Of a stretch of DNA of 64,000 bases, positions 43,133 through 50,679 are shown one piece after another. Positions within the stretch are counted from its first letter, which is position 1. Each line of letters begins with the position of its first letter. Origin of the DNA: Patescibacteria group bacterium. GTDB lineage: Bacteria > Patescibacteriota > Patescibacteriia > JACRDY01. The translations under genes were made by a program, and so were the position numbers. The DNA lies in NCBI GenBank assembly GCA_041650515.1, contig JBAZLA010000005.1, forward strand, positions 2,034 to 66,033. The letters run 5' to 3'. Under the pieces are notes generated by a model that saw only the letters and a program-made list of their open reading frames with translations, made no database searches and had not been told where the DNA came from.

Positions 43133-43277
43133 AGGGAGGATAGAAAATTATTGATTGCAGTTTTGACAGGTAGACATATTTAGATAGTATGCGGGGCGCG
43201 GTATGCAGTATGCAGGAATTAAATGCCACAACTAATGGGAATTAAACCCTGCATACTACATACTATGACCTGCATAC

Positions 43278-44942
43278 TTAATAAATCTCCTTCTGGTAAC
43301 ACTCCTCGCAGTAGACTTTCTCCTCGCGGTCCGGAGCATAGGTGGTTTCGAATTTATTCTTGCAGCCAGGGTTCATGCAGGTGCGGTTATAAAGCCTACG
43401 TGGGTTGCGGAGCTTCATCCTCGCCAGACGTCGACATTCAAAACATTTTTTTGGCAAAGGATAATTGTTCTTCTTATAAAAATCTAGCTCTTGCGCGATG
43501 ATTTTATAATTTTTGTGGCAATTCTCGCAGGCTAAAATTTCTTGGGTAATATCTGCCAAAATTTCTTTAATGTCGTCTGATAGTTGCTCCAGTCTGATTG
43601 TCTCTTTACCGTAAGTCCCTGGCAAATTATCTTGCCACGACCAACCTTTAGCTAAGGTTTGTTCTTTAGTTAATGGGAACCATAGTTGCGCTATGGTTTC
43701 ATTATAACCAAAGGGACTATGATTAATGGGGAAAAATTCACCATATTCGCCAGTGCTTTTCATTTTATCAATTATTTTGTCTCTTAATTGTTTATATTCC
43801 TGTTCTTTATATTTTTTATTCAAAATACAGAATTCTCTTTTCCGCAAACCAACGGAACCAAAACTGTCCTTAGTACTATAGCATTCAATACAATAATTTA
43901 GATTAGCAACTTTTCTGATACAATTGTAACTAAATAATACTCTATTAGTATCCTCACCGATCATTGCTCCTTCGTAGACCAATTCTGCATTCAAACCAAA
44001 CTGGTAAACGTCGAAACAATCTTTAGATTTGTATGACAATTGGCTGCAATATCCGGAGCTCTCTATTTCGCTACAATCAAAACATGACTGGACGTTAAAA
44101 CTATTATATAAATAATTGCCTGAAGAATTTTGGACTTTATTGCTTTGAGCATAACGCCAGATATGGTTTTTTTGTAATTTTAAATATTTATCCCAAATTT
44201 CTTTAATCTGCCGGTGTGAACCAATATTAGTCTCTTTCAATTTTTCTTGGTAATCTTTCTCGCTTAATTGTTTATTTAGAAAACAATAATTCTTCTGTCG
44301 CAAGCCAACACATAGAAAGCAGTCGTTGCAACCGGCGCAATCTCGTAAAAAGTAACTATTGGCACACTTAATACAGTCTTGACTCCAAGCTAAATGATAA
44401 CAGTCATGAATATCAACACATTCATAACAAAGTTCAGAGTCAAAACAATTATAAATATCCATCGAGTCTTTTGATTTTTTTACTCCATAACCATAATAGC
44501 AATCTTCGTTATAATCGGCGTGAAAAAGCATATAACAGTTTTTATCCAAACCGGCGTGGTGAGTGTAATCACTATTGATGCTTCTACTATCACCACTGAC
44601 ACATTGGTGCGGCACGATTAGATCCAATTCGTGAATTTGCCCTAGAATGGAGCGAGAAAAATCTATTTCTTTACCGTAATTCAATGGTTCCCAACTATCC
44701 TCCCACCAACATTGCAAGCAATAAACCTTACGGGGGTTATTCGAAGAAAATTCACTAATAATACTCTTGCTGCATAAATCACATTTACGGGGATACAAAA
44801 TACCTTCATTGCACCAAGCCATGCGGCGCATTTCGCGGCACGGCGGACACCAAGTTGGCTCGGGCACATCTATCCGTTGATAAAATTCCTTATCCTGTGG
44901 ATAGATGGTAAACTCTTTTTGGCAGTTTTTACAATTAGGCAT
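43278..44942 (-). CDS. large cysteine-rich protein, paralog 3; function unknown
   Basis: Same twin zinc-ribbon + Cys-repeat architecture (MPNCKNCQKEF...CPPCREMRRMAW at the N-terminus; CENCHKNYKIIAQELDFYKKNNYPLPKKCFECRR at the C-terminus; TGEYGEFFP...SPFGYNET block). The ORF is open to 44951 (MIIMPNC); the start was placed at MPNC by analogy with the paralogs. Confidence 0.7.
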   Translation of the reverse strand: MPNCKNCQKEFTIYPQDKEFYQRIDVPEPTWCPPCREMRRMAWCNEGILYPRKCDLCSKSIISEFSSNNPRKVYCLQCWWEDSWEPLNYGKEIDFSRSILGQIHELDLIVPHQCVSGDSRSINSDYTHHAGLDKNCYMLFHADYNEDCYYGYGVKKSKDSMDIYNCFDSELCYECVDIHDCYHLAWSQDCIKCANSYFLRDCAGCNDCFLCVGLRQKNYCFLNKQLSEKDYQEKLKETNIGSHRQIKEIWDKYLKLQKNHIWRYAQSNKVQNSSGNYLYNSFNVQSCFDCSEIESSGYCSQLSYKSKDCFDVYQFGLNAELVYEGAMIGEDTNRVLFSYNCIRKVANLNYCIECYSTKDSFGSVGLRKREFCILNKKYKEQEYKQLRDKIIDKMKSTGEYGEFFPINHSPFGYNETIAQLWFPLTKEQTLAKGWSWQDNLPGTYGKETIRLEQLSDDIKEILADITQEILACENCHKNYKIIAQELDFYKKNNYPLPKKCFECRRLARMKLRNPRRLYNRTCMNPGCKNKFETTYAPDREEKVYCEECYQKEIY

Positions 44943-44949
44943 AATAATC

Positions 44950-44995
44950 AATTACGAATTACGAATTAATAACTAGATGAGCTAAATTCGTAATT
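44950..44995. repeat. AATTACGAATTACGAATTAAT tandem motif with downstream inverted copy (aattcgtaatt)
   Basis: Immediately upstream of the paralog-3 start. The inverted copy at 44985-44995 could form a stem-loop. Confidence 0.4.
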
Positions 44996-46505
44996 ATTCT
45001 TTGCTCCCCTCTTTTGGCGTGACCCAAAATCCGAGCCTAAATTTGCCGCCCAGCATTAGCCGGGTTTGGGCTTCGGTTGCTGGTATTGAGCCAAATACAA
45101 CCAGGGTTACTGGCAGCAGGATCCATTGGAGTAGCATGACCAAAATTTTGTGTTTAGCAATTTTATGAGGGCGGGCTGGCAATAAAGCCAGGCTCAGAAT
45201 AGCCGAAACTAAGATACCAAACATGGCGATCATCATTAAAATCTCCAGAACAAAAGGGGCATTTTGAGTGATCACCGTTGCTTTATCCGAACCTTTAGCC
45301 AGCCAAAGTGGCAATCGACCGAGAATAAAAATTAATATTGGTACGGTTGCCCAAGAGTACATTCCTTCGCCCAAATTCCAAATATAGTGAACCCGTTTTC
45401 TAAAAGGAATTAGTTTCCTTTTTTGGCGAAAATGCCACATCATATAGGGCATGTGTTCAACGCCCCAGGCCCAGCGGCGCTGTTGTTTATAAAGACTCTT
45501 AACGCCTTGCCACCAACTGTGGCCGCCAACAGTATTCATTGAGACCGGGACAAATATAGGTGTCACTGAGTATTTACCATTATAGTGGATAAAACCCTGT
45601 AGAAAGATTCTTGAGTCTTCGGTCACAATGTCTTTTTCCCAAAAACCAACATCCACCAGCATCTGCCAGCTCATCGAATGAGAAGAAAAGGTAAAAAGTC
45701 GTTCGGGTCGCATCAGATCAGTCATCAGCCAAAAAGTGGTGCCAAAGGCCGCCACCCGGATTACTGGGTCAGACTCCCACATGTTGTTATTATATAGGGC
45801 AATTGGTTGGTAGCTGGTTTTGGTCGGCTCGGGATGAGTGAGATATTTATAAGCCACGCAGGCAAAATATTGCGGATGGACACAGGTATCAATATCAAAA
45901 GAAGAAACAATAATATTTTCGTAGGGTATCTTTAGCTCCTCGTCGATTATTTTTTTAATCTGCCAACCAGCATAATTAATATTGGCGCCTTTGCCTGGAA
46001 TTTCGTCGGGCAAGTTTTGAGGGTGGGTAGTGACCAGTAGTTTTAGAAAACGGTGGCCATATTTTTCTTGAATCACGGCGGCTTTTTGTAAAAAGTCTTC
46101 TTTACCAGCACGCTCTTCGCCGGCTAATACCACGATAAATTTATCCAGCGGGTAGATATTTTGCGTTAAACCATCAAAGGTATTTTCCATTACTACTAAT
46201 GATTCTTTAACCATCGGCAAAAAAACAACATGATAGATTTTTCCCCAATCAGGTAGGGTTTTAACTTGTTGAAGCCAGTCGATCTTGATATCCTGACGGA
46301 ACTGTCGCCACGATAAAGCAATATAAAAGATAAAATAAGAAACACGAAAAACCCAGTATAAATCAAAAACGATGATAAAATAGATAACCCAAAGTGGCCG
46401 AACAAAAGAAAAAATGATTGCCAAAACAAAAGTCGCCCAAGTTAGGGTGGCCGGAACAGTCTCTAAAAAACGATAATATTTCCCCTTTTTGTCGGTTAGC
46501 TGCAT
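44994..46505 (-). CDS. membrane-embedded processive family-2 glycosyltransferase (cellulose/chitin-synthase-like, QxxRW)
   Basis: N- and C-terminal TM bundles flank a GT-A domain with D,D,D and QQRRWAWG motifs. Confidence 0.7.
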   Translation of the reverse strand: MQLTDKKGKYYRFLETVPATLTWATFVLAIIFSFVRPLWVIYFIIVFDLYWVFRVSYFIFYIALSWRQFRQDIKIDWLQQVKTLPDWGKIYHVVFLPMVKESLVVMENTFDGLTQNIYPLDKFIVVLAGEERAGKEDFLQKAAVIQEKYGHRFLKLLVTTHPQNLPDEIPGKGANINYAGWQIKKIIDEELKIPYENIIVSSFDIDTCVHPQYFACVAYKYLTHPEPTKTSYQPIALYNNNMWESDPVIRVAAFGTTFWLMTDLMRPERLFTFSSHSMSWQMLVDVGFWEKDIVTEDSRIFLQGFIHYNGKYSVTPIFVPVSMNTVGGHSWWQGVKSLYKQQRRWAWGVEHMPYMMWHFRQKRKLIPFRKRVHYIWNLGEGMYSWATVPILIFILGRLPLWLAKGSDKATVITQNAPFVLEILMMIAMFGILVSAILSLALLPARPHKIAKHKILVMLLQWILLPVTLVVFGSIPATEAQTRLMLGGKFRLGFWVTPKEGSKE

Positions 46506-46518
46506 GATAGTTATAGTA

Positions 46519-46794
46519 CTAAAATCTTATTTCAAAATTATTAAATTCGCCAGTACCCTCTTCCCAGTCACTCTGGACACTATCGATTGTGGCCAAGCGC
46601 GGGCCAATCTGGCAGTATGCCAATAGTTGGTTTAATTTTTCCTTCGGTCCCTCAGCTAATATTCTAACTGTGCCGTCGTCTTCGTTTTTAGCCCAGCCTA
46701 CTAGCCCTAGTCTAATCGCTTCTGTTTTAGCATTATAGCGGAAGGAAACTCTTTGAACTTGGCCAAAAATTGTTAGTTTGAGGCGTTTATTCAT
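46519..46794 (-). CDS. acyP: acylphosphatase
   Basis: 91 aa with the GQVQRVSFR motif (V-x-G-x-V-Q-G-V-x-F-R type). Confidence 0.8.
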   Translation of the reverse strand: MNKRLKLTIFGQVQRVSFRYNAKTEAIRLGLVGWAKNEDDGTVRILAEGPKEKLNQLLAYCQIGPRLATIDSVQSDWEEGTGEFNNFEIRF

Positions 46795-46849
46795 ACTGGC
46801 TATTATACTCTAAATGAAGCAAAAATCAATTAGTTAACGTTCTATTTTT

Positions 46850-47890
46850 TTGATTGCTATGTTAAAGTGTAGGTGTATGAAAGAAGCCGCATTTTATTCT
46901 TCAAAAGATAGTAGCAAGATCCAGTGCCAACTCTGCAATCATTATTGTTTAATTGGGCCAGATAAAACCGGAATTTGTAGGACTAGACAGAACAAGAGTG
47001 GTGTTTTATATTCTTTGATTTATGATAAAGTTTTTCACGGTCAGGTTGATCCGATTGAGAAAAAGCCGTTGTTTCATTTTCTACCCGGTAGCTATACCTA
47101 TGGCGTTTCAACCGTTGGTTGTAATTTTCGTTGTCAGCAGTGTTTGAATTGGTCTTTGTCCCAAGCTGATGGTCGGTCGGTAGCTATTTTGCCTGATGTT
47201 AGGCCAGAGGTTATTGTTCGTCAAGCTCAATTGGCAAATTGTCAGTCCATCTCTTTTACCTATAACGAACCGACTTTAAATACTGAATATAATTATGAGG
47301 TGATGCAATTAGCTCATCAGCAGGGATTAAAAAATGTTTGGGTTAGCAATGGTTATATGACGGCTGAAGTTTTAAAATATTTAGCGCCAGCTTTGGATGC
47401 TGTTAATATTGATCTCAAGGCTTTTACTCAAAAATATTATAAGACCGTCTGTCAGGCTAGGTTGCAGCCAATATTAGAGAATTTAAAATTGATTAAAAAA
47501 CTAAATATTTGGCTAGAGGTTACTACCCTGATAATTCCCACTCTTAATGATTCTGTTGCCGAGTTGAAAGCAATCGCCAAGTTTATCTTTAAAGAACTGG
47601 GTACCGATACGCCCTGGCACGTTTCCAAATTTTCACCTAAAATCTCTTGGCGTCTTCAACATTTATCACCAACATCAGAAGCTAAGATAAAAGAAGCCTA
47701 CCAGATTGGTAAGCAGGCGGGTTTAAAATATGTTTATGGTGGTAATGTCCAGAACACTCAATTGGAAAATACCTATTGCTCAGTTTGCAATCAATTGACG
47801 ATTAAGCGGGGTTTTTATAATCTAGAGCGGCAAGATATTAATGGTTGTTGCCCTAAATGTGGTAGCGGTTTAGACTTGATATTAGGCTAG
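46850..47890 (+). CDS. amrS: AmmeMemoRadiSam system radical SAM enzyme
   Basis: N-terminal Cys-rich lead-in (CQLCNHYC), radical SAM cluster motif CNFRCQQC and an AmrS-like C-terminus. The real start is probably Met10 (MKEAAFY, 46877). Confidence 0.85.
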   Translation: MIAMLKCRCMKEAAFYSSKDSSKIQCQLCNHYCLIGPDKTGICRTRQNKSGVLYSLIYDKVFHGQVDPIEKKPLFHFLPGSYTYGVSTVGCNFRCQQCLNWSLSQADGRSVAILPDVRPEVIVRQAQLANCQSISFTYNEPTLNTEYNYEVMQLAHQQGLKNVWVSNGYMTAEVLKYLAPALDAVNIDLKAFTQKYYKTVCQARLQPILENLKLIKKLNIWLEVTTLIIPTLNDSVAELKAIAKFIFKELGTDTPWHVSKFSPKISWRLQHLSPTSEAKIKEAYQIGKQAGLKYVYGGNVQNTQLENTYCSVCNQLTIKRGFYNLERQDINGCCPKCGSGLDLILG

Positions 47891-47940
47891 AAATACCTAA
47901 AGATTTTTGCTATAATACAAGAAAGGAAATAAGTATATTT

Positions 47941-49338
47941 ATGTTGAATAAAAAACAAAAAATAAAAAGCGCCATTTTTGCCTTATTTAGCCTATTGTTA
48001 GTGGCGGCGCCAGTTGTGGCGGCTGATTTTAACCCCAATTACCTCATTTCCGACGAAGAATTGCGAGACAAAGACGCTATGACCGACATAACGATCCAAA
48101 AATTTTTAGACGGCCAATCGGGCACCTTAGACACTTATACCTGTCTAGCTCAAGGCAAAGATCAAAATGATAATCCAATCACCGAACGGCAGGTTACTGC
48201 CGCTCAGGCTTTTTACGAGATTGCTCAAAGGTGGAATATTTCTCCTCGGTTTTTGTTAGTTTTAGTACAAAAAGAACAAAGCTTGATCACTGATAATACG
48301 CCAAAGCAGTCTCAATACGATTGGGCAACCGGCTATGCTGTTTGTGATGGTTGTTCAACTAGTGATCCGGCTATTCAGCGTTGGCGGGGTTTTTATAAAC
48401 AAGTTAATAGCGCCGCAGCTCAGTTTGATTACTATCTACAGAATCCCAGTGGTTTCCGTTTTAAAAAGGGTTTAACCTATACTATTGATGGTAAAAGCGT
48501 TACGCCAGCTAATGATACTACCGCTGCGATGTATAATTATACGCCTCATTTACACGGCAATCAGAATTTTAATGAGATTTGGACGAATTGGTTTACCAAG
48601 CGTTACCCCGACGGTTCTCTACTCCAGGTAAAGGGCGAGGCTGATGTTTGGTATATCCAGTATGACACTCGACGAATTATTAAGTCCAAAGCTGTGCTTT
48701 TGAGTCGATTTAATATAGAACAAATTATCCAAGTTAGTAAATCTGATTTAGAGGCTTACCCGACAGGTTGGCCAATCAGTTTAGCCAACTATTCTTTAGT
48801 TCGCTCACCTCATGGTTCTATCTACTTGATTGTTGATGATGAAAGACGATTAATCACTTCTGACGCAGTTTTTAAAAAGATTGGTTGGAATCCTGAGGAG
48901 GTAATGGATGTGGCTGACGTTGATCTAAATAATTATTTTGAAGGCTTGCCAATTACCGAAAATAGCGTTTATCCGCAAGGGGCTTTGTTAAAGAATAAAG
49001 CAACTGATAATATTTATTTTGTCAAAGATGGTGTTCGCTATCCGATTTTAGCCCAGGAAGTTATCGCCATTAATTATCCCGGTCGTAAGGTAGTCACTAT
49101 TAGCCCAGAAGAGCTAGAAGATTATCAGCTAGGACCGCAGATAAAGATTAAAGATGGGGTGTTATTAAAAACAGAAACCATGTCCCAAGTTTACGTCGTC
49201 TCTGGTGGTAAAATTCGTTGGATCGCCGATGAAAAAACTTTTAATGATCTTGGTTATAGATGGTCAAATATTATTACCATTCCAGACACCGTTTTTGTTC
49301 TATTAGAGCAAGGTGAGATGCTAATGTTTGCTGATTAA
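47941..49338 (+). CDS. secreted protein with N-terminal globular domain and four ~45-aa C-terminal repeats (putative cell-wall binding/hydrolase)
   Basis: Signal peptide MLNKKQKIKSAIFALFSLLLVAAPVVAA. Four repeats of the pattern x-Y-x-V-x-x-G-x-R-x-I...LGY/GW (VWYIQYDTRRIIK..., SIYLIVDDERRLIT..., NIYFVKDGVRYPIL..., QVYVVSGGKIRWIA...). Confidence 0.6.
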   Translation: MLNKKQKIKSAIFALFSLLLVAAPVVAADFNPNYLISDEELRDKDAMTDITIQKFLDGQSGTLDTYTCLAQGKDQNDNPITERQVTAAQAFYEIAQRWNISPRFLLVLVQKEQSLITDNTPKQSQYDWATGYAVCDGCSTSDPAIQRWRGFYKQVNSAAAQFDYYLQNPSGFRFKKGLTYTIDGKSVTPANDTTAAMYNYTPHLHGNQNFNEIWTNWFTKRYPDGSLLQVKGEADVWYIQYDTRRIIKSKAVLLSRFNIEQIIQVSKSDLEAYPTGWPISLANYSLVRSPHGSIYLIVDDERRLITSDAVFKKIGWNPEEVMDVADVDLNNYFEGLPITENSVYPQGALLKNKATDNIYFVKDGVRYPILAQEVIAINYPGRKVVTISPEELEDYQLGPQIKIKDGVLLKTETMSQVYVVSGGKIRWIADEKTFNDLGYRWSNIITIPDTVFVLLEQGEMLMFAD

Positions 49339-50149
49339 TAAATTATTTTGTTATATGTCTTTAGTTTTTGCTGGTATTTGTCCCCACCCGCCTTTACTTA
49401 TACCCAATATTGGTAAGGACAATCTCGATAAAATTAATAATACTGTTGGAGCCTTAAAACAGCTTGAGCAGATTTTATACGCCAGTAAACCAGAAACACT
49501 GATTGTTATTTCGCCACATGGAGTGGTCCTTTATGATTCTTTTTTGATTAATCTCGCCGACTCGTATCAGAGTGATTTTGAGCAGTTTGGTGATTTTGGC
49601 ACTAAGCTAAAGTTTAAGTGTGATTTTAGTTTTATTGAGAGTCTTCGTTGTGAATCCGATAACCACCAGATTCCTCTCAATATTACCTCCGAACCGAAGT
49701 TAGATCATGGTGCGACTGTTCCGCTTTATTATTTAACCCAGCATTTACCAGAAATTAAGATTGTGCCCGTTAGTTATTCTTTATTGGATTATCAAACTCA
49801 TCTTAAATTCGGTGAAGCTTTAAAAGACCAAATCTTTAATAGCAATAAACGGGTGGCGATTGTAGCTTCGGGTGATCTTTCTCATCGTTTGACTAAAGAC
49901 GCGCCGGCTGGTTATACGCCAGCGGGTAAAGAATTTGATGAAAAATTAATTAATTCATTAAAAAATCGGGATTTAGATGGTTTATTAAAAATTGATAGCA
50001 AATTGATCGAAGCGGCTGGTGAGTGTGGTTTGCGCTCGATTCTGATTTTATTAGGCGTTATTAAAAAAATGAATTATCAAACAGAGGTTTTAAGCTACGA
50101 AGGGCCGTTTGGTGTTGGTTATTTGGTTGCTAATTTCAAATTTAAATAA
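49328..50149 (+). CDS. amrB: AmmeMemoRadiSam system protein B (MEMO1 family)
   Basis: Memo-like fold motifs (HGVVLYDSF, SGDLSHRL). Probable start at the internal Met at 49355. Confidence 0.8.
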   Translation: MLINKLFCYMSLVFAGICPHPPLLIPNIGKDNLDKINNTVGALKQLEQILYASKPETLIVISPHGVVLYDSFLINLADSYQSDFEQFGDFGTKLKFKCDFSFIESLRCESDNHQIPLNITSEPKLDHGATVPLYYLTQHLPEIKIVPVSYSLLDYQTHLKFGEALKDQIFNSNKRVAIVASGDLSHRLTKDAPAGYTPAGKEFDEKLINSLKNRDLDGLLKIDSKLIEAAGECGLRSILILLGVIKKMNYQTEVLSYEGPFGVGYLVANFKFK

Positions 50150-50150
50150 T

Positions 50151-50678
50151 ATGAATCCCTATTCTCGGCTAGCACGTCAAGCAGTCGAGGAACATTTTGA
50201 TACTGGCAAAACTCTAAAACCACCGGCCGATTTGCCGATGGAATTACTGGAGAAAAAAGCCGGAGTATTTGTAACTATTTATAATCAAAAGGAATTACGT
50301 GGTTGTATCGGCACATTTTTACCAACGCAGAAAAATATCGCCCAAGAGATTATTGCTAATAGTATTTCCGCTGCCACAGTTGACTATCGTTTTCAGCCGA
50401 TTAGTCTAGAGGAGTTACCGCAACTTAGTTATGAGATTAGTATTTTAACTGAGCCAGAGTTGGTTCAATCATTAAAAGATCTAGATCCTAAAAAATATGG
50501 CGTCATAGTCCGTTCGCGTCATCGTCGTAGTGGTTTATTATTGCCTGATCTTGATGGTGTCGATACAATCGAGCAGCAATTATCAATTGCCGCGAGCAAA
50601 GGTGGAATAGATTCAGATTCTGATCCAATTGAGATTTATCGATTTATGACTATTAAATATCGCAATAAAGATAAATAG
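50151..50678 (+). CDS. amrA: AmmeMemoRadiSam system protein A (AMMECR1 domain)
   Basis: AMMECR1 signature GVFVTIY...LRGCIGTF. The start was placed at the ATG 1 nt after the amrB stop. Confidence 0.8.
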   Translation: MNPYSRLARQAVEEHFDTGKTLKPPADLPMELLEKKAGVFVTIYNQKELRGCIGTFLPTQKNIAQEIIANSISAATVDYRFQPISLEELPQLSYEISILTEPELVQSLKDLDPKKYGVIVRSRHRRSGLLLPDLDGVDTIEQQLSIAASKGGIDSDSDPIEIYRFMTIKYRNKDK

Positions 50679-50679
50679 T

